Shown in pieces: positions 36,850 to 50,100 of a stretch of DNA of 64,000 nt (the first letter of the stretch is position 1; every line of letters starts with the position of its first letter). The notes beneath the pieces are model-generated. The model searched no databases. It saw nothing but the letters and a program-made list of their open reading frames with translations, and was not told the origin of the DNA. A program made the position numbers and the translations under genes. This DNA is from Octopus vulgaris. Taxonomy: Eukaryota. The stretch spans positions 69,998,001 through 70,062,000 of the forward strand of contig OX597814.1 of the NCBI GenBank assembly GCA_951406725.2, in the 5' to 3' direction.

Positions 36850-38560
36850 AAATGTTGGTAGGGTCACCTCTGTTTTGTTTTTTTTACCTCTTAGAAGTTC
36901 ATAAAATATTGACAGATCATTGTTTGAGGTCAATTCAGCTTTGTAACCCATGCTACAGGAAATTCTTTTCACCCTTTGTCACAAGGATCTCTACCAACTT
37001 TGCAGAATTCTCCTTTCCTCTGTTTCTTAATCACAGTGGGACCCCTAAGCAGTACTCCTATGGAGAAAACATCCATATTTGCTGACTGCTTTGCATCTAA
37101 CTCCATATTGCACATGCTAAATCTCTTCAAAAAACTATCCCTCCTACTCCTCCAGGTTTGTCACATACCTAGTGCAAAAATAATTTTAGCTACTTCAGAT
37201 TGTACACTACTTCAAAAGTACACTGGCCCAACAATGTCCCTTTCATTACCCTCAAATAATCTATTCCTGAGTTAGCTCCTTTCTTCACCAAATACTTCAT
37301 ATTCTATTTTTCTACAAAGATTTGTGCCAATCTTTGGAAATATGCTACAATGTGTCCCATTCCCCCAAAAGATAATCCATTTGACCCATCATCTATCAAT
37401 TTATCACACTTACTTCCAACATCTCAAAAGTGATGGGGATAGCCATTAACAATTAATTTTTCAACCTTGAATCCCCCTTCCTCCTTAATGACCACCAGTA
37501 CAGTTTTCATAAGACCACATCTTTTGGAGATCTATTCTATGTCAATCATTAATTAGGTAATTAGCCTTGAGAAATTTTGTAAAAACAGCATATTTTCATT
37601 TGACAGCAAATCACTTGACTCTATCAAGTGCAAATGACCTGGCAAAACTGCCTGCCTATGGGCTCCATTTATTTCTTATATCTTAGACTGAAGCTTTCAT
37701 GTCTGAATGCACAAAGTACCATGTGCTGATGGAGGTTTTTCTAATCGACATTCTAGCACATGTAGTGTGATCAAAGTCTGGTTTTATCGGACACATTCCT
37801 CTCCTATGCAGACGATACTGCCCTTCTTTCTGTATCAAAACTTCAGATATAATTTAGACATCTTGTGTCAAATCTGAACTAATTCTAGTAACAGAGGACT
37901 TCTTCAATGAGTGCTAATCTTGTTTCTTTCATCAGAACAAAGACACCATAACTACCTCTATCAAAGATGCAATGTCATATTTCCTCTCTTCAGCATGAAT
38001 AACATGCAACTGGAATGCTTGAGGTCATTAGAAATGCTGGGTCATCACTCTCACTGATGATATCTCTTAGTGATCACACATCCTCAACATAGCAAAGACT
38101 GCAGCACAAAGAGTGGCTTTTCTCTTCAGAGTAAGAAAACATTTTAGCCTTCAGTAACCACCAATCCTTTACAAAGTTCAAATCAAACCTACAGTGGAGT
38201 ACTGCTGTCGCATTTGGAACATTGTGACTGCTACATGTTCAAACATCATAAAATGCAAAACGAAAAGTAAAAACTCTGATTGGCATGAAGTCGTCCACAC
38301 ATTACAATATTTGACCCATGGATATATTATATCCTAACTCTATCTTTCCTACCACTATTACAGTGGTTTCTTCAGAGGTGACTGATCGGCTATTACACTG
38401 AATCAGACACTCTCAATTCACTCATCTTCTATACTGTGTCCACTCCCACATAAATTACATTTCCCAGAATGTCAACTCTCTATAATTCCCTCAATGCCTA
38501 TATTTTTCCTCCTGCTGTCAACTTGCAACCATCCGTGATGAACATTAATGACCTTGATCT
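36850..38560 (+). mobile_element. Highly decayed Jockey/CR1-type LINE ORF2
   Basis: Remnants of YADDT (tatgcagacgatact) and IKPTVEYCC; many lesions. Confidence 0.6.
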
Positions 38561-38754
38561 AAACAGTATCAAAGGGCCTGTAAATGCTATAGTATTAGCT
38601 CCCACCCTTTTTATGAGTGGATAAATAAAATCGAGAAATATATTAACTTACAGCTTCATAGGAAACCATTATTCATCTTTTTTTTTTATATAGACATACA
38701 AAAAATGAAATTTACTTTGTCAGTCTATCAATCGCCTTTCCTAGTTTTGTATGT

Positions 38755-39135
38755 ATCTTTTACCTTTTACTTGTTTCAGTCATTAGACTGTGGTCATGCT
38801 GGGGCACCACCTTCAAGAATTTTTGGTTGGATGGATCAACCCCAGTACTTATTTTCTTTATAAGCCTGGTATTATTTTATCTGTCTCTTTTGCTAAACTG
38901 CTAAGTTACATAAACACACCCACACCAGTTGTCAAGCAGTGGTAGGAGACAAACACAGGCACAAAGACACACACATATGACAGTCATTTTTCAGTTTCCA
39001 CTTACTAAGTCTACCTATAAGGCTTTGGTTGGTCCAAGGCTTTAGTAGAAGACACTTGCCCAAGTTAAAATGCAGTGAGACTGAACCCAGAGCGATATGG
39101 TAGGGAAGCAAACTTCTTACTGCACATCCCTATGC
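38755..39135 (-). mobile_element. SINE family A, full length
   Basis: Head matches 10418-10579; 3' tail resembles the CR1-group LINE end. Confidence 0.82.
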
Positions 39136-39140
39136 TTATA

Positions 39141-40405
39141 TCAGGTTGTAATGAAAATTCTGTCTGGTTTTTAAGGCTCAATAAAACAATAAAAAAGAAC
39201 AATATCTGATTTATTTAATTGTTAATATTGTCACCATTCTTTTCTACAACTTCTTTCCATCTGCCAATGTACTTTTTAATGCCATGTTCATAAAATACTC
39301 TAGGTTTAGAAGTGAAAAAGGAAATTAACTCATTTTTTACTTCTGCTCTTGACATATCCATTTAAAGGATTTTATAAACTTCAAAAAAAAATGATAATCT
39401 GTATATGTGAGGTCCTGAGAATATGATGGGTAATGCATAATTTTCTAGGTGTTTGGTCTTTTGTGCTATGTGAAGTCTAGCATTATCATGATGAAGGATA
39501 TCTCTTTTACTGCTTGTTAATGAAGGATGTTTTTGCTGCAAAGGTGCTTTCGACCATGTTAGTTGTTGGCAGTGTACATCAGCTGTTATTGTTTGATTGT
39601 CAACTAGCGGCTTGTGATGAATTATTCTATGCATATCCTACCATACACTCAGAAGAATCTTCATTGGATGCAGGCTACTTCTGGGCTGCTGAGCTGGCTC
39701 TTCACCATGACCGAGCCGCTGACATTTTCATTTAATGTTATGGTAAAGTATCCATTTTACATCTCCAGTAATGACTCTTTTCAAAAAATGCATTTGCAAC
39801 TCTTGAGATTGCAGTGATGCACAGCAATCAACACAGTATTTGTGATTGTCTGCTGAAAGATCATGCAGGACCCATTTCCAACCTTTGACACTTTACCAAA
39901 CCTCTGTAATTCACAATGAATGGTGATATGGCTCACATTGAAGCCCATGCTTAGTTCCCGAACTACAATAGTCTGGTTTGCTTCTAGTGCATCAGGATTC
40001 AACCTTCTTGGCTTCAAGTGCATCAGAATCCAACCCTCTTGAGTGCACTTCTCTTGATTCATCCTGCAGGCTTTAGTCCCCATTTCTGAACCATGAAAAT
40101 CATCTTCTGCATGTTCTGATAGTCTCTACACCATCATCATAAATGTTTTGGAGTGATTTTGCTGGTACACTTGCACTATTCTCTTTTTTAAATTCATAAA
40201 GAATAACATGCTGAATATGTTCTTTGCATAGAAAGAGAATATGAATCCAATACAGCAAAGTTGTGATAAAATTGACAAAATCTCAAAGAAAATGATATAT
40301 TGATGATTTTGTTGTATTTCAAATAGAATTGAGACATTAAATACCTTTAAATCTAACTTGCAAGTTAATTATAAAAAAGACAACTGAGCTTTTGTTATAA
40401 CCTGA
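39141..40405 (-). mobile_element. Mariner relic, full length (about 1.27 kb)
   Basis: TA|TCAGGTTGTAA...TTATAACCTGA|TA; ILHHDNARLH transposase motif. Confidence 0.88.
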
Positions 40406-41155
40406 TATAATGTTTTTAAAATAACATTTGCAATTTTTAGTTTTGGAGCATAACTGCATGTAACTTTACACACAACTGATATATGTGTCTAATTTCTGAT
40501 TCCATTCTGTTTGTTTCATTTTAACTTTTGCTTCTTCCAGTTCAAATAAATACTGTTGAAAATGTCACTTCAACTTATCAAATAATTTATATATGAATTG
40601 CATTTGATATCAATATATACAGTCTTATTTATACTATATATTCATAAACTCATCTGAATCATTGATTTTCCAAAATCCTATATTGTCATATTACATTTTT
40701 GTTAAAAGTTAAAATATTTTCAACTGAAGTAACATCCTTTAAGTTGAGAAACATTTTGCTACACAAACACACATAGACACAAAATTGTTGCTTTAGTTTA
40801 GAAATGTGATTGATATACATGAGTGGAATCAGCAGGAAATGTTGAAGGTCTCACTAAATAAAAGATAAACAACTTTTGGAGGAGCCAGTGACCTACTAGA
40901 AATAGCAGCCAAATCTCACTTTACTCTAAGAAGGAAGGTTTAGTGAAAATGTGGTCCCTATACACTGTATTTTAAAAATATGCGTTAGCCATGTTTGAAG
41001 CTCTTTTATCTTATCTTGACCTATAGCTACATAAAAATATTTTGAAGAGAATCTGTTAACACTCTTATTGGCTATTTGTATTGCTTTATTTATTTCTACT
41101 TCAAAGAAATATTGATAAATTTAAAATCTATTTTATTTTTAAAATTTATTTGCAG

Positions 41156-41293
41156 TGGTAACAGTATGGAAGATGTTGGAGCACGTATGTTGGCAAAAGC
41201 CTTGCAAATTAATAACAAATTGCAGACAATTATCTGGGATAGAAATGGCACCACAGTCCAAGGTTTCCAAGATATTGCTGATGCATTAGAGGA
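41156..41293 (+). CDS. CARMIL: CARMIL exon ([45 protein letters not shown])
   Basis: TGCAG acceptor, GTATGA donor; strongly resembles [22 protein letters not shown]. Confidence 0.95.
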
Positions 41294-41681
41294 GTATGAA
41301 GTTTTCAATTATTTTTATCTAAAAAGTCAAGAATTCAGGCCAATGTGTATAAAAAATTATAATGAGTGAAATATGATGGTATAATTCTAAGTGAATTGGT
41401 CCCTCACTCTTGAGTTGATTATCCGCTGCAATTATTTACCAGTTGCTTGATTTATTACAAATAGGAGCCATACTTTTCAAATAACACCCTTTGAACTGAT
41501 AAAAAAAAAAAGAAATAGACATTACTTAATAGGGTATTTATCACACTGTGCCTATCAAAAGGACTTGACGGTTAAGTCTGGAAGGCCTTTAATGTTAGCG
41601 TTACTCTGTCAGAGCTTATGTGGGATCAATCAATAGTAACACATTTCCTTTACTAATTTGTTATTTTTAATATCTTCACAG

Positions 41682-41775
41682 GAATTATGTCTTGAAAAAG
41701 ATGCCAACACCAGTTTTTGATGCTACAGTTGCCATTAAATACCATCCAGAAAAAGTGGAAGCTGCTCTTCAAAAG
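41682..41775 (+). CDS. CARMIL: CARMIL exon (NYVLKKMPTPVFDATVAIKYHPEKVEAALQK)
   Basis: CACAG acceptor, GT donor; phases 2/0 are consistent. Confidence 0.92.
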
Positions 41776-42009
41776 GTTATTTTTACTTATCTGCCACTCA
41801 TTGATTTCTCTTTGATATTTTCCCCCTTTATTAATATAATTATATATGATATGAAATGTTTAACCTTTTTTAATAAACATCAAATTAAATGTTATACCTT
41901 TAAATAAGCATGCAATTTTTGGCACACTGTGAAAAGTAAATGAATTACTTATTTAATATACATTATTAGACTAAGTACTGTTACGCAGATTAGACTGACT
42001 GAGACTCCT

Positions 42010-42438
42010 GGCGGTTTGCTGTGCTTGACAAGACCGTTAAACTAAGTAAAATTGTGGCCACCCATACATACAACATGTCTTCTATGTCTGTCTCACAGCC
42101 AAGAGGTTCTTCCCTTGAGGCCTTACAGATGCTGGTGTCATGTAAAAAGCACTTGTGCTGGTGCCATTCAAAGCACCTGTGCCAAAGCCATGTAAAGGCG
42201 CCCATACTGGTACCACATAAATATGTCCATGCCAGCACCCCATAAAAGTGCCCATGCCAGTACCATGTAAAAAGCACCCAGTACACTCTGTGAAGTGGTT
42301 TGTGTTAGGAAGGCATCCAACTATAGAAATCCTTCCAAAGTAGACATTTTGAACCTGGGCAGCTCCCCAGCAAGTCAATTCCTATCAAACTGTCCAACCC
42401 ATGCCAGCATGGAAAGAAGATGTAAAATCACGATGATG
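42010..42438 (+). mobile_element. RTE 3' end fragment
   Basis: ATGTAAAAAGCAC repeats, CCATGCCAGCATGGAAA, (GAT)n. Confidence 0.75.
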
Positions 42439-43398
42439 AGTTTGTATACACTAGAAATAGCTGTGAGATGATAGCCTTTCTGTGGATAGAAGATGAATAT
42501 TCTTTTTATAATAAAGCACTAAAGAAAGTAGAAAGTAATCAAAACACTTTCAACTTGTTCTACCCAGAGATAAAGAACATCTGTTAATTTTTTACAGTGA
42601 GGCCCAAATTGCATGTTTGTTAAAACTTACATTACATTATATTTCAAATTACCCAGTGCACTAAAATGCTGTTTAGTGCACTAAGAAAGAATTAATTCAC
42701 ATTGTCAGTATATAAACTTTGATGCAAAATGGAATGACCAATTTAGCTGAGTTCTTGTGTATATGTTATAAGTAGCTATAAGCTGCAAATTTCAAAGCAC
42801 TGTAGTATATTAAAAATGATTTAATTTATATAACTATATAAATATAAATCTGAATTGTGTGTATGCATGCCTTGTTTTCAAAAACTACAGAACAAACTAC
42901 AATACTATACATATTATTAATAATAGCATGGTTTTAGATTGTTGATTTGTGCAAAAATTTAACAAAAGCACAAGAAATGGAAAATTTTACAAAAACATTA
43001 TAGAAAATTCGTAACTAATTCCTCATCAGTCAACATCCAAAAAATCATGACAATTTTGTGCCTTTAACATTGATATTGCTCACTTTTGGTGGCGCCAGTG
43101 GCAAAAAGCTACTGGGAAAAGCTAACAAACATACAAGACAATGATGAAAACAAATATGACAAAATAAAATATACATATACAACAAAAAAATGTGCAGCTG
43201 CAAGACAAGCAAGATATTGGGTAATACAAAGGAAAAGGAAAATGTCCTGTAGGACTGGAGAGGAGAGGAAAGAGAGATAGTCAGAACAAAGAAAGAAGTA
43301 ATTAGGAGGGAAAGAGAGAGAGGAAAGCAAAGAAAGAGAGACAGAAATAGATGTCACACAAAAAAATATTCCATATACGTACATATATATATATATAT

Positions 43399-43699
43399 CA
43401 CCGTGACCGACCAGGCTATCAGATATTGCTACACATCGCTGGTCACAATGTGCTTTGCATTGTTTTAGCCTTCAAATGACGCCACCCCGCTGGCTAAGCG
43501 AGCAGGCCAACAGAAAAAAGAGTGAGAGAAAGTTGTGGCGAAAGAGTAGAGCAGGGATCGCCACCACCCCCTGCCGAAGCCTCGTGGAGCTTTAGGTGTT
43601 TTTGCTCAATAAACACTCACAACATCCGGTCTGGGGATCGAAACCGTGATCCTATGACCACGAGTCCGCTGCCCTAACCACTGGGCCATTGCGCCTCCA
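43399..43699 (-). mobile_element. tRNA-derived SINE family C
   Basis: Minus strand has A box TGGCCCAGTGG and B box GTTTCGATCCC, followed by a non-tRNA body. Confidence 0.75.
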
Positions 43700-43956
43700 C
43701 ATATGTATATATTTCTGAGCGTTATACTAATACATCTGTTAGTTTTGTACACCACCTGTCTTCGTTTTTTGTTTTTTCTTTTGTAAACTCTCCCTATATA
43801 TATCACACGCTCACGTGGTCGCACATGTTGATCCTGTCATTTCTTACCAGTACGAACTTCTCCATTGGACTCTTTATCTACCATTTATGAATTCTCGTTT
43901 CGATCTTTACCCTCCGGCTGCACCTCTCCTACATATGGATCACAGTGGACTCTACT

Positions 43957-44450
43957 CATCATCATCATTTTTTAACGTCCGTTCTCCATGCTAGCATGGG
44001 TTGGACGGTTTGACCGGGGATCTGGGAAGCCAGAAGGCTGCACCAGGCTCCAGTCTTATCTGGCAGTGTTTCTACGGCTGGATGCCCTTCCTTACGCCAA
44101 CCACTCCGTGAGTGTAGTGGGTGCTTTTTACGTGCCACCTGCACAGGTGCCAGGCGAGGCTGGCAACGCCCACGATCGGATTGGTGCATTTTATGTGCCA
44201 CTGGCATGGAAGCCAGTCATGGTGGCACTGGCATCGGCCACGATTCGTATAATGCTTTTTACGTGCCACCGTCTCAGGGATCACAACCGCAGTTTCCATT
44301 GATTTTGATGTTGGTGTACTTGACTCAATGGATCTCCTCAAGCACAGGATCGAAATGGTGTTTCTTCACTTGCCACCTGCACAGGAGTCAGTCCAGCGGT
44401 CCTGGCAACTGCCGGGTCTTGCAATACACCACGACATCAAAAAACCTTTG
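43957..44450 (-). mobile_element. RTE 3' end fragment
   Basis: (CAT)n, CCATGCTAGCATGG, GTGCTTTTTACGTGCCAC repeats. Confidence 0.8.
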
Positions 44451-44575
44451 AACTTTACATAAAACTGTTATTATTGTCATTACTTTATTTTTATACCCTT
44501 CTGTCCGAGTCAGACGCCATGATAGATCATTAGCTACTACACACATTTTTGTCTCCCCTTGTTTTATTTGTGTAC

Positions 44576-44611
44576 CTTTCTGTAGAGGAGCGTAGGCTCG
44601 AAACGTAAAAG
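44576..44611 (+). ncRNA. Very short variant hammerhead-like motif
   Basis: cttt-CTGTAGA-g-gagc-gtag-gctc-GAAA-c-GTA-aaag; core differs from CUGANGA. Confidence 0.5.
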
Positions 44612-44698
44612 ACTTTTTCTATTCCTGAGCGTTATACTAATACATCTGTTTGTTTTGCACACCACCTGTCTTCATCTATTGTTTTTTTCGTAAACTCT

Positions 44699-44750
<52 letters not shown>

Positions 44751-44800
44751 ATAATAATATTAGGGAATATTATTCCAAACTTACAGGGAAAAATTCAATT

Positions 44801-45355
44801 TAGTTAGTTAGTTAGTTAATTTTTGGGCTCAAAAAGCAAAACGCAAGGCCATGTAGGGGGACATGGAGTTATGTACAGGGTGGTGTTCATGTAAAGAGTT
44901 CAGGCCACTTGTAGTCAAGGGAGACTTTGAACCAAGCGGTCGTCGGCATCTTCACCATCTTGTCCGGCAGCTTAGTCCACGGATAGAGCTTTTCGGAATG
45001 ACCCTGCAGCCGATGTTCTGGAGCAGGAGTGAAGAACAGCTCTTTCGAGAGGTTACACTTTCCACTTATGATGTTGTGAGCAAGAATGAGATCACCACGG
45101 CGGCAGCGTTTTTCTAGAGAATAAAGGTCGAGCGTCTTCAGCCTTTCTTCATAAAGTCCAATAAAACGATGTCAACAGCATCACTATCATCGAGGATATG
45201 CGTCACTAATTCTTCCATTACCAGTAAGTTGCTCAAGCATGATCTCTTCGGCACGAAGCCGTGTTGGGAATCAGAGATAGGGGCTGTGTTTTGGAGGTGG
45301 AGCATCATACTTTTCTTAAGGATGGTTTCGAACATCTTGCTGATTATTGAAGTAA
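44801..45355 (-). mobile_element. Internally deleted CR1-type LINE with (CTAA)n tail
   Basis: SQHGFVPKRSCLSNLL...DIVLLDF joined directly to a 3' end; (TAGT)n at 44801-44817. Confidence 0.75.
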
Positions 45356-45745
45356 TACTAAATCAAATTTCAGAATATATACGTATATAAATTAGAAAAG
45401 AACCACCTTTTATCGATTCAATAATGAAATAACAATGATATAATTAAATTATACCTTATAGAAAAAAATTAAATATACGATAAAACATATACCAATAATT
45501 AAGTAAAGTACAAAATAATAAATAAAAAGTATTTAATTGGTAAAAAAGATTACATGTGTTTCGTGGCTATATTTTCAAACTGATAACAGTAAAATCAATT
45601 CAGTTTAAATATAGTCACTTTTCACATCCAAGATAAAAACAATTAAATAATACATAAATAGATACAAGTATATAATCTTGTAAGAAAATATAAATATATA
45701 TATAAATACATGATTTTACAATAAAAATCGAACAAAATACAATTA

Positions 45746-46286
45746 TCTCTTATTATAAAAGGCAGATTTTATCTGCCTCCCTTTGTAAGTTATAGAAATC
45801 TACAATATAGGATTTCTTCAATTACAATTTACCTAGCATTTTTAAGAGTAGAATGCATCGGGTCATGCCAGGTCCAGTTTTTAAAATTTAAACTCCAATT
45901 AAGCAAAATTTACAGAAAACTCACATTCTGGTGTGTATGTCAAATGCTTTTCTTAATGTGGTTTACACCACACGCACACACACAGTGTGCAACGAATAAA
46001 ATGAAAGTAAATAGCGACAGAGTGATTTGAGGAAGACTAAACTGAAAGTATTTAAACCACTACTCAAAAAATAAAAAAACACAGCAAACAGAAACAAATA
46101 AATACATAACGATTTACTCCTCACACAATTTCTTCAATTAGAGTTTACCTAAGATTTTTCAAAGTACTCCATTCGGTCATGCCATAATATATTTCTTTCA
46201 ATTTCACCCCCAATTAAGACAAAATTCGAGAAAACTCAATATTTTAACATTTCACTCCGAAAGCATTGATGTACATGTGTGCGTGC

Positions 46287-46337
<51 letters not shown>

Positions 46338-47427
46338 ATGGGTTGTGCGACACAGAAAGTGTGGTGTGTAAGTGAAGTGCTTTTGTTAGTGTGTGTAAAG
46401 AGACAGACAGAGTGAAAGACAGAAATAACTGAACTTTTTTTATTCACTTTTTGTAGTGAGTGACTGAGAGAGAAAAGAGAGAGAGAGGTTATGTATGTAT
46501 ATATGTATGTATGGCTTCAGTGACACACACACACAAAAACACATACCTACGTACACCTAAAGCACGCACACACACACACACACACAAGCGGAGCGCGAAC
46601 TTCAAAATTTTGGTAGTATTAATTTGCGAGCGTACTTCTAAGCGCGCGTAATTGAAAGTTTTCACTATGATATCATCACGTGCGAAAAAATTCGAAGGGT
46701 TTTGAACAATTGAGATACACATGTCACGCCTGTATTGAAACCATTGCTAAGCTGCCGTAATTGCTTAATTAAGACTTTGTTTAAATTGAAAGGGGCAAAT
46801 ATGTGACGAGGTTGAAAAAAAATACCCCAGAAAAAAAAATGTACTGCTGGTATTTATATAATTCACTACTATTTTGCTACAATGTCATGAAAAAGAAAAA
46901 ATTTAGGTATGTAAATCGAATTCGCCCCCCCTTTTCCCCGTTCGCGTTTGTGTAAAAAAAATTATTATTTAAGTTTTAAAAATTATTTACTTTGTTCAAA
47001 AAATATTAATATTAATTAATTTTCAAGAATTATTTAATTTTATTCTGTAAAATAGTAATTAATTCATTTATCTGTAAATCCGCGAGGTTGTTACTCAGGC
47101 ACCTAGAATGGTAACCTTCAACTAACACTATCTCCTCCGAGACCCTGCGGCGCAAGTTGACCAAAATTGAGAGTATGGTAGAAGAAGGGTTGCTCTTCCT
47201 TCCGTAGAACATAAAATTCAAATCAGACCATGTTAACACCAAAAATTATTTACATCAAAAAGATGCTTTTTTCTATGAAAATCTCTATTTTTTACGATTT
47301 TTTCACTGCTGTGTCGCCACTTTTCGGTGTATTTCGACCAGAAAAATGTTCACAAAATTTTTACTTTTCAAAATTACAATTCCAGCAGGTCAAAACAAAC
47401 CCGAGCAACGCCGGGCGATACTGCTAG
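45746..47427 (+). mobile_element. Non-autonomous Helitron
   Basis: A|TC start; subterminal hairpin CCCGAGCAACGCCGGG; CTAG|T end; both ends recur at 61584-63035. Confidence 0.88.
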
Positions 47428-47799
47428 TATATCATAAAATACAAGCACAAAATATATTAAGATATATTCTGTTAACTAAATCTTTAAACTTAATACATAG
47501 GATTTATTATTTATAAAATTTTTATTTCGTTAAAAATGTAGTATAAATAAAACTAGAATAAATGGATATAAATATTTATTATATGTCTACTCCAGTATAG
47601 CAGTATAGTTAGTTAGAGAAGTAAAACACGACTATCTATGACCGACTTCTTGACATTACAGCATTTGTAATGACTATCACATACCACTCATCACATGGGA
47701 AGGGTGTTCCATTATTATTATTATCCCCATAACGTCTCCACTTTTAAGTTTTTCTTTCTTCTTAGGGAGTGTAATTTTATTTCTTTGTACTAGCAATAA

Positions 47800-49830
47800 T
47801 TTTTCCATTACCCCCATCTCCATTTTTTTATACTGTTACAAATTAAAAATTTTTTCAGTTTGGCATCCACTTCCAGGAACTCCGCACATATTCTTTTTCT
47901 TTTTCTTGTGCATCTGGCATTGGTACTTGAAAAATATCATATGACCATTCTCTTCCATTCTTCTGGGTTTACTCTGGTGTATTTGGACTTGGTGTCATGT
48001 GGTATACTCTTAAGAATTGTTGTAGAGCTATCTAATCCGTGACTTCCTTATTCAACTTTCTTAGTGCTCTCTTGAACGTATCAACAAAGTGTTCTGCTTG
48101 TCCATTAGATCTGGTATAGCATAATAGTTACATGTCTACAGCAAACATTTTACAAAACTTTTTAAGCGCAAAAGACACAAATTGCATTCCATTGTTAGAC
48201 TGCTATGTCTGTGATGCCACATTTCACATACAGCTCATATAGAAAGTTTATCATAGTTGAGGAGGTTGGCTTTTTACACTTAGAAATTTCTGGCCAAGTA
48301 AAGAAACTATTTACCACCACTAAATAGTAGGAACCATTTAAGGGACCAGTGAAATCAATGTGTAGTCTTGACCATGGAACATCTACTTTTGGTCAAGGTT
48401 CATTTTTTATCGATGTTAATTTTGTCGTTAGAGCATATCCTCTACAGCCTTTCACTAAATTTTTTATTTCTCTGTCCATTTTTGACCAGTACAAGTAGCT
48501 ATGCATTAAAGCTTTCATCTGCAAAATACCAGAAAATCTAACATGGAATTCCCTTCACATTTTCTTTTGCAGTATTTCAGACATTACTACTCTCTGTGCA
48601 TACATCAGTACACCATCAGAAATTGAATATAGGTTCACATCTTGGTTTTGTTTCACACCAATCCTGTTCCTATGTACTTTACCTGTCCACAGTATTCTTT
48701 TCATTTGTTATGAATTTGTCCATCGCATTTCATTTTATGTCTTCTAGGGTCACTAGTAATTCGCATACCATATTCCACTTTTTATTTCTCCTTCTGATCT
48801 TAATGCTGTGATTACTGTATCTTTGAATGGCTCAGTGTTTCAGTATTAGTTTGGACAAACTATCCACCTGCCCTTGTTTCCTTGACAGTAAATATTCCAT
48901 TTTGTAATCACAAGTCAATAATGTAGTGCCTCATCACTGTGGTCTTTTCTTTCTGTGTGTTGGTATTCCATTTTTAGAGCCATATAGTAGTGGGCAATGA
49001 TCTGTTTATAGATAGAAACTTCTTCCATGAATAAACCTGTGGAATTTTCACCCTGAATATGATTGCTAATACTTCCTTTTCTATTTGACAATAGTTCCTT
49101 TCAGCTGGTAATAATTGTGATGCATGGGCTATAGCTTTTTCACTCCCATCGTCATATATGTGCAGGAGCACTGCTCCTACACCATAATATCCAACTTCGG
49201 ATCAAAATGTGTTAATGGGCCTCATGGAGGCAAAGTGAATGAGTTCCTTTCAAGTGTTGGACCTCGCAGAGGCGAGGTGGCTGAGTTCCTTTTGAGCGGG
49301 CCTCATGGAGGTGAGGTGGTTGAGTTCCTATCAAGTATTGGGCCTCATGGAAGCAAAGTAGCCAAGCTCCTTTCGAGTGTTGGGCCTCACAGAGGCATGT
49401 CCAAGACCTTTGGTATGTGCTTGTGAAGATCTATCAAGCTGAGCAAAATCGCAATTGTGGCAGATACCGGTGTCATGCAAATGGCATCCATGCCAGTGGT
49501 ACATAAAACCACCTATTACACTCTCAGAGCAGTTAGCGTTAGTAAGGGCATCCAGCCATAGAAAGTCGTGCCCAATCAGACTGGATCCTGTCTCAGCCTT
49601 CCAGCATGCCAGCCCAGTCAAACCTTCCAACCCATGCTAGCATGGACAACAGACATTAAATGATGATGATGATGATAAGTTCAATGTTAAAATGTTTTTT
49701 TAATTTGTCAAATGCCTTCTGACACTTATCAGTCCAGCGCCATTTTGCATTTTTCACTAACTGATCTTTGAAGGCCTTTACATTGTGTAGGTTGGGAATA
49801 TAAATTTGGTAGTAATTTACTAAACCCTAA
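47800..49830 (-). mobile_element. Decayed gypsy pol remnant interrupted by an RTE 3' fragment (49215-49676, +)
   Basis: AERNYCQIEKEVLAIIF RNase H motif and integrase-like remnants; the insert has about 40 bp tandem units and a (GAT)n tail. Confidence 0.75.
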
Positions 49831-49897
49831 TGTAATCCTTATTGTCCTCTGCACACCTTCATGATTTTCCTTACAAGGTATTTAAAATGAAAAATTA

Positions 49898-50100
49898 TCT
49901 TTATATATATAAAACTGAGAATGTGTGTCTGTCTGTCTGTCTATCTGTCTGTGTGTTTCCCTAAAACTTGAGAACTACACAACCAATTTCATTCAAATTT
50001 TACACATGCCTTACTTAGGGTCCATGTAGTTTCATGGGCAAAAAAAATGTTCAACTTCTTGCCTAGAGCGAACTCATAGCAATATCATATCTTCTCCACT
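49898..50100 (+). mobile_element. Helitron-type 5' end with (GTCT)n; 3' boundary unresolved
   Basis: A|TCTTTATATATATAAAA...TGTGTGTCTGTCT resembles the minus-strand start at 61980. Confidence 0.55.

Noticed and set aside
41076-41369. Standalone LRR ORF
   Set aside because: Only 41156-41293 is exon; the flanks are intron read-through
43620-43699. Possible tRNA gene
   Set aside because: Has A/B boxes but no proper acceptor stem and continues into a SINE body
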